Source: Octopus vulgaris (lineage: Eukaryota). Taken from it: a DNA stretch of 64,000 bases. The stretch covers positions 3,348,001 through 3,412,000 of the forward strand of contig OX597828.1 of assembly GCA_951406725.2 (NCBI GenBank). The letters run 5' to 3'. Numbering within the stretch: position 1 is the stretch's first letter; each line of letters starts with the position of its first letter. Under the pieces are notes generated by a model that searched no databases, was not told the DNA's origin, and was given only the letters and a program-made list of their open reading frames with translations. The position numbers and the translations under genes are program-made. Shown in pieces: positions 1 through 13,994 of this stretch.

Positions 1-59
1 GAGGAAATAAAAGTACATCTTCATATTTCAACGTATGGACCGATGGTATCAACTAGCTT

Positions 60-600
60 CCTCAAACAGCCAAGGATGGAATGAACAAACTTCTGACGGA
101 CGTCGTCTGGGATAACATTGGGAACCTCCTGAATTCATGTGTGCAAGGTTTTGTCTTGTACTTCTCTTTTGTGCAACTCCAAATGTAAAAATCCCATGGA
201 GTGAGATCTCGTCTTCTTGGAATTCTGGACTTCTGGACCTCTGCGGTCACAGTCTGAAAGTTTTAGTTCCTGCACGTAATGGGGGTTCTACGGACGAAAA
301 TTCGATTCTTTATGCTACACCGTACGTATTGTATGTCTCGTGAGTCCACTTTCACGAGCTGCTTGACCTGTTGATTTTTGCGGGTTGCGATTAAACATAT
401 CCTGCACTCTTGCCACGTTCTCCGCTGATCGGGATGTGGTTGGACGGCCACTTCTTCTTGCATCGTTCCCAGAACCTGTGGCCATCAGCTTTGCATGACA
501 ACTTTTTATTGTCTCCGGACGTGGTGTTGCATGCTTATATTTCCATGCACACCACTATCTCTCGAGCGAATCAATGGCATTCATAACGTCCTGATATCTT
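60..600 (-). mobile_element. Decayed Tc1/mariner-superfamily transposase fragment (C-terminal catalytic region)
   Basis: ORF 62..250(-) reads RRRDLTPWDFYIWSCTKEKYKTKP, a degenerate version of the WPPRSPDLTPxDFFLWGYxKxKVY motif; boundaries approximate. Confidence 0.65.
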
Positions 601-619
601 AGCTCGCTCCTGAACGGTC

Positions 620-760
620 TTCTTTCAGTTTACGACTGCTAAATCCACTCATTAGACTCGAGTCTATAGTAGAAGACACTTGCTAAGGTTTCCACAAGGG
701 AACTCAGAGCCATCTGGTTGGAAAGCAAACTTCTTACCACACAGTCACGCTTGCCCCTCC
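620..760 (-). mobile_element. SINE family A, degenerate head fragment
   Basis: Similar to the reverse complement of the family A head at 54917-55080 (ctatagtagaagacacttgc...aagcaaacttcttaccacacag). Confidence 0.7.
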
Positions 761-801
761 GTTCACGCCTGCGCCTCTGTTCACGCCTGCACCTTCATGC
801 A

Positions 802-1625
802 TTGGGTCATCCCATAAATAATGTGGCTTTTTATATTTCTTTTATTTTTCAAAATTAAGATAAACAAAGTTTTTTTTAACGTAAAATACACTATCTGTTA
901 TTCTCTACAATGCACTTCTGTCAATCTGGTACTTGCAAGGTCCCTCCTCCAAAATTCACTTGTCCGTGACGAAAATTTCTCCTCCAGTACTGTTCTGACC
1001 TCGTTTACCGAATTCATATTTTTTCCGTCCAAATAATTTTGAAGACTGGGAAATAAATGATAATCAGGTGGGGCAATGTCCAACAAATATGGTGGTTGGG
1101 GCATCGTTTGCCATTCAAACAGCTCCAGCCTTTCAAATGTCATACTCGCTATATGTGGTCGAGTATTATCCCGATGGAAGAATACCTTTCGTCTAATACC
1201 AAAGATGGTCATCTTTCTTCTAGCGCTGACTTGAATGACTGGTTGAATGACCAAGTCCAAAATTCTCTGCTAGTTTCTCAACATTTACGATGAGATTTTG
1301 TTCCACCAGGTTTTGCAGGTCGTCCTCAACGAGCTCTACAGATCTTCCAGGACGTGTCTCGTCTTCTAGGATGTAGTTTCCGGCTCAGAATTTCTGGAAC
1401 CACCCTTGACACGGGGCTTACGCTTATTGTGTGATGTTCATTCCATCCGTGGCCGTTTGAGGAAGCTGGTTGACAACATCAGTCCTTATTGTCTGCAATA
1501 ATATTCTTCGCACTTAACGTTGCGTTGTTGCCTTTATTGAGCTCATAAAGCAAAATATGCCGAATATGCTCCTTTGACACTCCCATTAAAGCTTTGAAAT
1601 AACTTTTAGAATCGAACTGCACTCT
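802..1625 (-). mobile_element. Internally deleted mariner (Mos1/SETMAR-like) transposon
   Basis: ATG at 1586(-) gives MGVSKEHIRHILLYELNKGNNAT (mariner N-terminal HTH); ORF 898..1260(-) has HRDNTRPH and PQPPYLLDIAPPDYHLFPSLQNYLDGK (canonical HDNARPH / YSPDLAPSDYHLF); TIR-like ttgggtcatcccataaataatg at 802. Confidence 0.88.
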
Positions 1626-2035
1626 TATATCCATATTTGTCAACAAAATTGTGGAAGACGAGCTCTCGGACCGAATTCCTTTACGTTCAGCACCAAGAAG
1701 CGTAGATATGCATTATAGCTTTACATGTTTGCTCTTTTGTTTTTATATAATTACTGAAACAAAAATCTTTTCCGCCCAACGCTATTCAAATTATTCTGGG
1801 ATTTTATTTTCAAAAGTCAGCAATATTTGATGTCTTGCTTACTGGACAAAATTAGATTTTATTAATTTATTTATCAGTTCTTTTTTGTTGACATGGTTAT
1901 TTTCAGATAATTATTATGGGATGTGTATTTCCCATGATGCATTTCAATAACCTAGTTTCATTTTCTTTTATGCAGTTGTTCATCTCTCGTGCCTCACCGG
2001 ATAAATTTTATCAGTTCTTGTCTGGAAAAACGTTG

Positions 2036-2180
2036 GAAGAGAGAGAGAGATAGAGGGAAAGAGAAGGAGAAAGAGAGGGAGAGGGAGAAAGAGAGAGAAA
2101 GAGAAAGGCAGAGAGGGGGAAATAGATAGATAGATAGGGAGAGAAAGTGTGTATGAGAGAAAGAGATTGAGAAAAAAAAA
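2036..2180. repeat. GA-rich low-complexity tract
   Basis: Imperfect (GA)n visible directly. Confidence 0.9.
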
Positions 2181-3069
2181 GAACAAATCATTCTTGGCTG
2201 GTTCTTGAAAACTGATGAGATAGTTGTCTGTATGAAAAACTCTTGGAATATATTTGCAGTTCTGCAGAAATATTCACTGCCCGTGTCTAGTTTAGACGTC
2301 TCATATAATTATATATTTTATTTTTCTGTCTGGTGTGTCGAACTCTTACTTGTTTTGCGCTTGCATATTGGATGAAAAATTAATGAGTAAATTATATTGA
2401 AGCTGTACTTGCTATTTTCCCCAGAGATAAAATCCATTCACTGTTTTCTTCGACTGCTCTTTGGTAATTCCCTGTAATACAGTGAAATAGTTATATATCA
2501 GCGCCAAGAACTGTTTAGGAATAAGCAAAATTTAGGTTACCATGGGTTATCAGTGGGAAATACCCAAGAGTGTTGCCCCTCAGGCATTTCTCATTGATAA
2601 CAGCTAAAGAGCTACAACATCGATGTCTGGAAATCCTGACAGGGGCGCGACACTGTACATATATGGTGTTTTTACACCCTTTTAACATAAGAGAGAACCG
2701 TTCTTCATGGTAACGGCAGTGAATTTGTCTTTTAGCCGTTGAAATACGTCACAAGTATATTTTAATTAATCTAAACTGCTTATGCCTAAACACTGTTTGA
2801 CGCTGATAATACGGAAATTTCCACGACCTCGGCGATCTGCTGGGACAAATCAGTGAATGTTGTTGACTGTATTTTAGTTAAAACCATATCTTTAATGAAG
2901 TCTGTCCAGAGTTGCCTCTCTTAGGTATTTCCCATTGATTTCAGCTAAAAAACTAAAAACATCGATACCAGGGAATGTTTCCGTAGTTCACTTTGAATTT
3001 AATTAAATTTGGGTGGCCTTGAAAACGTTGTGTTAACATGTATGCACGTCCATACATACAAACATGGTA

Positions 3070-3351
3070 CATAGTTGCAAAACACACACACACACACACA
3101 TGCGCACACACAAGGAGACACAGGTGCATACATATACAAACACACGCTCACACACACGCACATACAAAAAAGACACAAACACGGACATGCAAGCACATGA
3201 ATATGCAGAATACATGCATACAGATGTACACACATACATACATATGTACATATGCATACACAGACATATATACATATACATAGACACATGCATACATCCA
3301 TATATACATACACACATACATACATACATACATACACACATGCATGCATAG

Positions 3352-3383
<32 letters not shown>

Positions 3384-3400
3384 GTGTGTATGTATATAGT
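3070..3400. repeat. Compound (CA)n/(TACA)n microsatellite
   Basis: Visible directly; source of the CVCV/HTHT pseudo-ORFs. Confidence 0.95.
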
Positions 3401-3851
3401 GGAATATTTATTTGAATACTTTCTTCGTTAAAAATCGGTATTGAGCCTAGCTTATGCAAATAAGTGTAAGAGATGTATAGTTCGTTTTATTTGATTCTTC
3501 AAATCAGCAACCATCATCCTTTTATACTTTGTATAACGTTTGTTTTTTAAATGTATTTTGATCATAGTTTCTCTGACACGGAGATAGCTAAGGCTAGAAA
3601 GGTTACACATTATTTCAATTAATTTTCTCAGTTGATTTTGGAAGTTTCGTTCACTCAACAAATTCAAATATCTGCAGTACTTTCTTTGCAAATCCCAAGA
3701 GATATGCCTTAGTCAGCTTCGAAAACGCTCATTCAAATAAATGTGAATTTTATGAACTAAAACTCTTGTGATTAAGTACTATAGAGCATACGATGAGGAA
3801 TTAGATTTTAAATTTGTATCGAAAAGAGATCTGTACTTAAGCAGTTTTCCG

Positions 3852-3874
3852 TACACACACACACACGCACACAC

Positions 3875-3957
<83 letters not shown>
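3852..3957. repeat. (CA)n microsatellite
   Basis: Visible directly. Confidence 0.97.
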
Positions 3958-3959
<2 letters not shown>

Positions 3960-3961
<2 letters not shown>

Positions 3962-4505
3962 CTTCGTTCTATGTTGAGTGTCAAATGAGAACACCATGTG
4001 ACCAACAAAAAAGTCCTGGAACGATCCAACAGTCAAACAGTCAAAGTATCGAATCACTGATCTTGAAAATTTGTCTTCAATGGTCAGGATATGCAGCAAG
4101 AATGGAAGCGTCAAGGTTCCCACGCCACGTCTTATTCAGCGCGCTCGTTTAGGGAAAAGACCACGAGGATATTCTCTTCAAAGATGCAAGGATCGATTCA
4201 AAACAACCCTGAAAGACACTGGACTTGAGTATAAATCATTTGGACACAATCCCGAAACCATACCAAGTGGTGGCATTCATCACTGTCGGAGCCCAAAATT
4301 TCGAAGCCACCAGAAGAGGAAAGGAAGGAATCAAATGACAGGAGAGAGGCCTCGACAAAATCAATCTCGTCCTCCACCAACATTAGCATGCGGTCAGTGC
4401 CATCGACACTTCCATACAGGAATTATTCAACGCCATCACCACAAAGGAAGCGTTCAGCAAAGAAGAAACTAAGTTTTCGGATACGAGCTAAAGTTGCCGA
4501 TACGT
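3960..4505 (+). mobile_element. 3' fragment of an RTE-clade LINE
   Basis: Translation across stops/shifts gives LSVK*EHHVTNKKVLERSNS...LQWSGYAARMEASRFPRHVLFS...GKRPRG...KDRFKTTLK...CGQCHRHF, the typical RTE ORF C-terminus. Confidence 0.8.
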
Positions 4506-4540
4506 TCTTGTTCCAATTTTTGTTTTCTATTATATATATA

Positions 4541-4913
4541 CTAGCAGTATCGCCCGGCGTTGCTCAGGTTTGTAAGGGAAATAACTATAAAGCCTTTTTA
4601 GAGAGTTATAGCCAAAAAATAGCAAAAAAATGGAAAAAAAAATGATGGTAAATTTTTTTGAGAGTTAAAAAAGGTGGAGTTGCGTCCCCTAGACGGTCTG
4701 TGATTTGGGTTTCTTTTTCTCGACCCCATGTCGAATTTATCGAACTGGGGGAACTTTTCAAAATTTTCGCTGCGTTAGTTTTGAATTATGACATTGGGCT
4801 ATGTGTGTGTCAAGTTTCATCAGAATCGGTTGAAAGCCGTGGTCAGAGTGAGGGTACGAGAAAATAGACACACAGAAAACGCACAGACAAACTGCCGTTT
4901 ATATATAGAGAGA
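4541..4913 (-). mobile_element. Non-autonomous Helitron (373 bp)
   Basis: Minus strand begins TCTCTCTATATATAAACGGCAG and ends ...CTGAGCAACGCCGGGCGATACTGCTAG (GC-rich subterminal hairpin-like segment + CTAG); inserted between A and T with no TSD. Confidence 0.82.
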
Positions 4914-4965
4914 TACATATAGCGGAGAAGTACACTTTTGGTCTCTTATATGTAAGTACACAAAC

Positions 4966-4980
4966 ACACTCGCACGCACG

Positions 4981-5052
<72 letters not shown>

Positions 5053-5066
5053 CACATATATATATC
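4966..5066. repeat. (CA)n microsatellite
   Basis: Visible directly. Confidence 0.95.
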
Positions 5067-5762
5067 TAAATTCTGTACGACACTTTTACTCTTTCTTTCA
5101 GCCCTTCACACTTATTCCGTTCTTTCCACTCTTCTCTTTCTCGCTCCCCCTCTCTCACATTTCTTGGCCTTCCTTTCATTCTTACCTTCCCCCCTCTTTA
5201 ACTTCACTCTGTCCCGTTTCTTTCTTCTTTCTTTCTCGACCCTTCCTAATTCTTCTATCCCTCTGCCTCTACCTCTCTTCTCTCCTTCCGCGTAACCGGT
5301 GTTTTGCTAAGCCTGACCTTTCTGTCTTTGTTCGACTACCATCCATTTGACATCTATATTCCTTCCAATGACTTTCATATCTTATGTCCCTGCCGTAAGG
5401 CTTCACTTCTACACACGCCAACTTAATCTAATTCGTCCTTAGTCGAAAGACACCTGTTGTAAATGTCCTGTTGATTGTATTTGTAATTGTTTACAATTTC
5501 TCCGTTTTTTCGTTCTTGTTTTCGTATACATACATTTGCTTTCTTCCAATGAATCTAATGCTCTTAGCTTAGATTTTCTCGGAGCCGGCCAAATTGGGGC
5601 AGACTCGAGTGTAACCGACCGAAACCGCCGCGAAAATCTGGAACTCGACTGAGGATAGAAAACTCCGAATGACTCGTCCTTGTTTTTCCTGTCCTTTTTT
5701 GTATCGTCTAATTGTCCGGATGCTTTGTTGTCGCCTGTTACGTTGTTGCCCATTTTTGTTTT

Positions 5763-5800
<38 letters not shown>

Positions 5801-7645
5801 CACACACACATACATGCATTATCCAATGGGGATCTTTCGCTCTAGCTACGAGAAATAATAGCTATATTTTTATCGAAATGTAACCTAACGTCTTAAGAAA
5901 GTATTACAACCTCCCCACCCGCAAAAAAACATTAAGCGTAGTTTTAGAAACTTTAGATTTTGATGACGAATATGGTCCATCAGGTTTGACATTTTGTTAA
6001 CGAAGAATACAACAACAATAACAACAACAACGATACGCTCACATTCAAAAATGTTCTCTCTAATTATCTCTCGACCACTATACACACATACATACACACA
6101 CATATATATCGTGGTGCACAGATAATTATATATATATATGTATATATATACATATATATATAATTATCCCTGTACCATTTGCGCGCCTGCACACACGCAC
6201 ACACACATGCATGCACATGTATGTGTACGTATGTGAGCATATATTTATGTTCATATACAAACAAATGCATGTATCCTCTTCGCTTTAATAAATTGCTATA
6301 ACAAGCATTGGTGTGTTATATTTCGTACACAGACATGAAAATAATGAAATCATTAAAACGTTCTGATCCTTCTCTTCCATGTTATCTTCTTCATAATGAC
6401 GTGTTGCCATTGGTATTGTTATTGGGTTGTTACTGTTGTCTATGGTGGTGTGTTTCTATATTGTTTTCTATCTTTGTTTAGTGAGGATGAATCAGGGTAG
6501 AGTATCCTTAATAAGTTAAGGTGAAGTAATTATTTCTGGAACCGGAACTTAACAATTTCGTTTGCTCACGCTTAGAGCGTATATAAACATAAACACATTC
6601 ACTTATAACCATTGTGTTTTACACACACAGATACATAAATGTGAGTACATAACTACACAGTGCAGAGAGCGAGAGGTAATGTCCACAAATATATACTCGC
6701 GCAATTGCATAAATCCCTACCTCACCATATATACGTATAATTATATTTATACACTCAAATGCATATATGTGTGCGTGTACGTATATACACACTAAAAAAA
6801 TAAAAAAAATAGATATAGCACACACGCATACACGCAACACACACACACACACACTCATATACTCTGTAACAAATATAACGTTGCATGTTTATTTGCCTCC
6901 ACATTCATTTTGAACCGTGTTTACCAGCGGAAAACAAGAAGTTAGTTATTAATACACTGGAACCAAGAAAAATGCTGTGTGTTTTACCTTTATTTAGATC
7001 TTTCCACTAATATTGTTGTTATTTTTTAGCCCCAGCTTAGCACTAATCAAACAGGCATTTGATAAAAAACGTTTCCATTTTTGACTACCATTCGTGTTTA
7101 CTTTCATTAGGCTGGGTTACCCAATGCGTTCTGTCTCTAAGAAAATATAGCATAATTCGAGAGAGACTTGGTTACTGTTGCCGCTGGTCGAGCACCGACA
7201 GGAGGTCTGAATACTATTACTGTTATTCAGAGTATTATTCTTGTTGGTATTGCTGTCACAAGAATTCTCACATAAATACAGATAAATTTCATTCAACAGC
7301 TAGAGGTTTGCTCCAATATTGTCATCTTTACACGTAACCTTCCCCTATTTATACCATAATGCATTGGACCATTAATAAAAAAGATGTGACATATAAAGGC
7401 AAAACGCCCAGTTGTGCACAATTATTGTATGAAAGTCAGCAAGAAAATTTATATATTCCGTATTGTAAAATAATCATCTTGGATAACCCACGATATGATA
7501 ACTATTACCAATGATTTATTATTGAGTGTGGGGTGGGGGTTTAACTTCTTATGGAGTGACAGGGTCGAAGTCATGACATAAGGTTCGATTAATACATTAA
7601 CTAAATGATAACTTGCTGCGTGCGTTACGCACGAATACACAGCTG

Positions 7646-7688
<43 letters not shown>

Positions 7689-8304
7689 AACAAACACACA
7701 CAAGGGAATGGGGTCTTCAATCCGAAACTCACTGGAGTAGTCCACAGTTCTTTTAGAAGAGAAAGCAGTTCCCGCAGACACAATGTCAGTATTATACTAC
7801 TGTCAACTCACTGCAACGTTAATCCATTGAGTTTTTACTCAACGCAACTTTCTGTAATCTGATTTTTAACGCCTGGCGCTATTAGAATGTACCAGGTCTG
7901 GATGAAGCTAGTTTTTTCTTAGGATGGAGTTAGAGAGCGAAAGAGAAACTGTGAGAGAAGACAAAGTTGATTTCGACTGGATTGTTAAACATAAATAGTT
8001 CTGAATAGAGTTCAAGATATATAACATGAAGCTGAGCGATAGCAACATTCAATAAATTTGACAGTTTAATTCTGTAATTTGTTTAGTAACAAAAGCTATC
8101 AGTTACGACTCTACAGCATTTTGTCCGATTCTTGAAACCCTCTGACAAATAAATGCATACGTCCCTTAGCACGTTACTCATGGGGCGATATAAACCGAAA
8201 TCTGTCGATTCGTGAGACAAAAGTTCCTTACAGGTATTTTATCTTACTCTGCTGTTCAGGCCATTTTGAACAAATATATAATCAAGAGTCCTGTTTTCGC
8301 TTTT

Positions 8305-8344
<40 letters not shown>

Positions 8345-8605
8345 AACTATATATATATATATATACTTGGAAATGGATGCTGGCATTCGATCATATAATA
8401 ATATAAATAATATATATATATATATATATATCCATATATACACACATATATGTACATGCCTACATATATATGCATATATACATGCATATATGGGTACAAG
8501 ACATTTAAAAAACGTGAACAAAATAAGAAACGAAAACATAAAAAACAAAAGCATGGAAAAAGAACTTTTTTCGAACAACGAAAGAAACAAATAGGGAAAC
8601 GAGAC

Positions 8606-8770
8606 AAGCAACATAAAGAACATTCCCTTCATCAGCTGTCCCCTGATTTATCTATTCCGCATTTCGAAGGTGTGGGACAATACTCGACTTCGTTAAAACA
8701 GGCGTTCCCGCAAAGCAAATAAAATAAAATTAGGGGACAACTGATGAAGGGAATGTTCTTTATGTTGCTT
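8606..8770. repeat. 39-bp inverted repeat (8606-8644 / 8732-8770), one mismatch, 87-bp spacer
   Basis: aagcaacataaagaacattcccttcatcagctgtcccct versus aggggacaactgatgaagggaatgttctttatgttgctt. Confidence 0.92.
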
Positions 8771-8793
8771 TTTTACATCCTATACCCATATAT

Positions 8794-8838
8794 GCCTTGT
8801 AAGCGGATTCGGTAGACGGAAGCTAAAAGAAGCCAGTG

Positions 8839-8906
<68 letters not shown>

Positions 8907-9130
8907 TTGTGTTTGTCTATTTGTGTGTCTGTGTTTGTCACTTCACCATCGCTTGACAACCGATCTCGGTGTGTTTACGCCCCCGTAACTCATCGATTCG
9001 GCAAAAGAGACCGATAGGATAAGTACCAGGCTAACAAAGAATAAGTATAGGGGTCGATTTTGTCGACTAAAAGGTGGTGCTCCAGCATGGCCTCAGTCAA
9101 ATTGACTGAAACTAGAAAAGAGAATAACAG
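8794..9130 (+). mobile_element. SINE family A, 5'-truncated, with internal microsatellite
   Basis: Body ggtagacggaagctaaaagaag, internal (TA)/(TG), tail ggtggtgctccagcatggcctcagtcaaattgactgaaac. Confidence 0.88.
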
Positions 9131-9224
9131 ACTATACATACACACAAACACACCACATATATATATATACATACACACACCCACATATATATGAATATAG
9201 ATACGTATGTGATTATAAGCGTGG

Positions 9225-9475
<251 letters not shown>

Positions 9476-10499
9476 ACGCACGCAGCAAGATATCAATTAG
9501 TCAATTTATTAATTTTCCTCCTGCTGAGATATTCAATGGGCGATATTATTCTATTACAAATCTGTTTTCCACGATAATATTTTTTTTCATAAAGATCAAC
9601 TTTGTGTTTGTACAAATAGACTCTATTTGTTTCATTAAATCTAGAGAGAAATCAAATAAAAACTAATAATTTTGATAATAACTCCAACAATAATAAAAAG
9701 AAAAATTATTCCTAGTTTTTTCTTTAATCATCTAACTTCATTTAAGATGAAAATAAATAATTTGTTTTAATTTTTCTGTAGTCTCTCGGAAGGAATCGAT
9801 TAATCGCAAACACGTATGATTTATTTAAAGGTGATAACCAGTATATATGCAATAATGCTTAATCAAGATAAATAGCATTTGATGTGACTTAGCGAAAGTT
9901 TTTATCAAACTAAGACTAGACTTAGATAATTTTTTCATATTTGAACGAGTCTGAAATTTTCTTGAAAGTCACTGTTGTTTGGCAGATATTAGCTGAGATA
10001 ATGTTTTTTTTTTATTCATTAGTTTGTCCAAGAAACACAAGTGTTATCATCGTGACACCTGTCAAGAATTTTCTGTGAATTGTGTTAACACTATTTTAAG
10101 TCTTTCAAATATTTTTGTTGACTCACAAACAGCAATCCAACACTCAAAAACCCTCTGTAGTTTGAGTGACTTGAGAAATTACGAAAAGATTTGATAAAGA
10201 TAAAAAAATAAAAGTTTCTAACATAGGCACAAAACCAGAAATTTGGAGTGGGGGAGGTATCTTGTACATGAAATCGATGCCAGTACTTCATTCGATCGCT
10301 TCTGGCCGGGTGAAAGGTAAAGAATTGAACTTCGAACGACATTCCAACGAATCTGGCAATAAATCACATTAATAATAACACAAATCGTTCCGAACAGTCA
10401 ATAATCAACAATGATAATTATTTCCAAATCAGAAACCAGGGAAGCACTCGTAAGTGGGTTTTGAGGTTATCGATAACCTCGAACCTAGAACTTGACTCC

Positions 10500-10980
10500 T
10501 GTTTATCTTTTTTTTTTATCAATTTCGAAGGGTGTGAAGGGTAAAGGGATTTGAACTCAGAACATAAAAACCTAAAATGCATTACCCCACGACGTTTTTA
10601 TCTGTTACTTTATTACCCACAAGGGGCTGAACATAGAAGGGACAAACAAGGACAGACAAACGAAGTAAGTCGATTACATCGACCCCAGTGCGTAACTGAT
10701 ACTTAATTTACCGACCCCGAAAGGATGAAAGGCAAAGTCGACCTCGGCGAAATTTGAACTCAGAACGTAACGGCAGACGAAATACGGCTACGCATTTTGT
10801 CCGACGTTTTTATCAACACACTAGCTACTCTGTTAAGCTCTTGACCTCAAGAAAAGCAAAGACAAGGCCTCAAATTATGAGAGGAGCGGGTTAATCGGTT
10901 AGTCGATTAAATTAACCCAGTCCTTGACTGGTATTTTATTTTATCAGCTCCAGAAGGGTTGTGTTATTTGAACACGGAAC
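10500..10980 (-). mobile_element. SINE family B copies (Meta-domain-like core), partial tandem
   Basis: Reverse complement of the gactttgcctttcatcctttcggggtcg..aaattaagta core and gagttcaaat B-box also seen at 50301-51060. Confidence 0.82.
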
Positions 10981-11009
10981 ATAAAGTGTTGGGGATTGGG
11001 CCTTATGTA

Positions 11010-11063
<54 letters not shown>

Positions 11064-11137
11064 GTGTGTATGTGCATATGTGTGAATATGTGCGTGTATC
11101 TGTACTATATACGTATGTATATGTATGTATGTGTATG

Positions 11138-11390
11138 TGTGGCCTTGTGATTATGGTGTTCGACTCACGATAATAACGTCACGGGTTCAATTTCTAGATC
11201 AAGCATGCTTTGTGTCTCAACGGTGTATTCCATTTCCCGCTGTCCTAAGCAGAAAACGAGTACCAATCGAGTAGATCTGCTGCTGGGTCAAAGCGTGAGC
11301 GTTTCGAGAGGATGCCAATATGTGACTGCTCTCGCACCTACCTAAACCGATTTACGAAAGCATGGTACACGTTAAAATGCCTCACTTCTT
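11138..11390 (+). mobile_element. Degenerate tRNA-derived SINE
   Basis: A-box-like gtggccttgtga and B-box-like ggttcaatttc, resembling the heads at 22747 and 54896(-). Confidence 0.5.
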
Positions 11391-12929
11391 CCATGTGTAT
11401 GGCTGGCTATTTATAAACTATATACACACATATGTACATGCATACATATACAAATATGATATTATTAATGTATATCGGATCATATCATATACACACACAC
11501 AAGCACGGCACATACACACATATAAGAAAAAAAAGATGATCTAAATAGACAAGTACATAGACTCAAGAATAAATGGATGCATACAACTTTTATAAATACG
11601 GAAAATCACTCTCCCATAATTGAAAAGAATCAGCTATCTACACTCTGGATCATCTCTCTACTCACCAGTTACTCGTGTTATTCGAGCCTTGTATACCCAG
11701 ACTTGTCGCTGAGCATATCTAAACTCACTCAGACAAGACATTTCGGCTGTAGGAAACTATAAAATCGTTCTTTTTAAATTTTAAATAATATCCTCTCACC
11801 TGCACGACTCTTGAAATCCAGACAGAAAAGATGATGATCATTATTTTTACATTTCAGAACTTCCAGCTTTGATCATTCAGGTTCACATTGCTTATTCATG
11901 TGAGAGTGGAACTTGTGGTGCGTTTGTTTTTTTTAATCTGCGCGGTTTTTGTTTTTGCTTAACAATTTCCCCCTCACGCTCTTTTCCTTTTTTTTTACCT
12001 ACTACCCATCTCCAAAGCCCTCCTTGTTGCTCGTTGTTGTGAGCCAATGTAGTAACACCACTGGCTGCGACGACGAAGGGGTTTCTTGTCGATATTTCGT
12101 TGTGAGAACGAAGCAAATTTTTCTACCAAAGTCTTCCCCAGGCATTAGCTGTGAAAGTGGAATAAAGTAGTTCGAAAGTGTGTATAGAGTTCGTCTAGAA
12201 TATACTTGCTCTTTGTCACACACACAAACTTACATACAGGCACATACACACACGTACACACACACTCGTACTTACACATACACAGAAACTAACACACATA
12301 CATTATCACATATATATACGATAAGAAATAGTCACTCCCTCACAAACACACACCGAAATAGATATATTATACAGGCATTTGGGAGGTCGCAATGACTCAG
12401 AGTTCAGTGCTTTAGAATTTAAGGTTGAAACTGAATTCGTGTGGCAGCACCATTTCCTTCATCTAAACGGTAAGTGCAATCTCTCCCAACTATAAGTTAA
12501 TGTTTTCCATTATGTATCGTTGTGCTGAAATGTTTTATACAATGCTCATAAATCAAGTACGATTAGAATAACTTCTGGCTTTCTTCATCTTTTCATTTAG
12601 GTTCTTTTATATTCTACATACAAAGTATCAGTGAAAAAAGAAAGAAAGAAATAGAGGTCCAAGCAAACAGAATAACTGTTTTGTTGCGAGAAAATAAATT
12701 TGATGTTCTTTTGAAACGACTGCACTCAGATAAATGTCACTGAGAAATACTAGGATGAATGTTACTGGTTAGGGGTAACTTTCAGTTGAAATTTCAACCG
12801 ACAAAATCAAAAGGAAGAGTGATTATTTTATTATTTTCGTGTATTCTTTATTTCTGAAGCAAATGAATTGAACATAAGGGAGGGGTGTGAATCGATCAAA
12901 ACTCCAAAATTGATACTTAAATTTACTTC

Positions 12930-12982
<53 letters not shown>

Positions 12983-13994
12983 TCCCCTCTTTCTCTCTTC
13001 GCCACTCTCAACGCGTTTGTATCTTTGCTTGATTCTCATTGGCTGTTCTACTAATGTATTTCCCAACATTCATTTCACTCTCGACGCACGTACTGGTTTA
13101 AACGCTGTTTCTCTCCACCCTTATACGCACGCGCACATACGCCGTTTCCCTTCGCTTACACACACAAATCACACACATACACACATACATAGACACACGC
13201 ACACACATCAGGAATTTTCTTTTATTTTTAATTCGCAGGGAGCTTGCTTTGAAATACTCCATTTTGCCGGCATCTTTCAATAGTGTATCTAAAAAAGAAC
13301 TATTTGAACGTAGTTTGAGAAAGCAACAAACTACTTTATGAAGAGTTTCTTATGAAAAATACTTCATCATTTATCAACGTGAATAGAATACCTTTATTGA
13401 AAACAAATCTGAAAAGGTTCTAGAACCTTTTGCAATGTTAAAACATATAATGTTTATGAGATAAATAAATATCAAACTAAAGAGGAAAGCCGTTATTGGA
13501 TAAATGTAATTTATAATAATGACATTAGTGATTTCAGTTTTATTTTGTAAGGTTATCTATTCATTAGTTGTGATTTTATCAACGCATAACAAGAGAAGGG
13601 ATGGTTTGATTAATATTATTATGGGAATTGGTCTCTGGTTTAGAAAAAAAGTGTCGATAGAATAAAATCAATGAATGATAGATCTTTATTTTTATCGTAG
13701 ATATTCGTGACGGCGACGTGCCTTAGAAAATCGTTCATTGTTGAATATGAAGTTTTTCGCAGAATAAGAAGAATACTTTATAATTAAGGGAGTTGAAGTC
13801 GTCGATTCAAGCCAGCAAAATAATCAAGCATCCGTAAATGTATTGCGCAGCGTTTTTATTAGTTAAAAGTGTCCATCGACAATGTTATTGTTTTGTAGGT
13901 TTGTCAACATCGCAACACCTTACTGTCGACCTTTCGAGCAAGAAACTGAATTTTGTTATAATTTCATGAGCAAGATCAAGATCAAGAGCGAATG

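Noticed and set aside
2200-2250. CTGATGA...GAAA resembling a hammerhead
   Set aside because: No stem I and no valid cleavage triplet can be formed
5640-5690. CTGAGGA...GAATGACTCGTC in a repeat next to (TA)n
   Set aside because: GAAA and the stems do not fit; too degenerate to call
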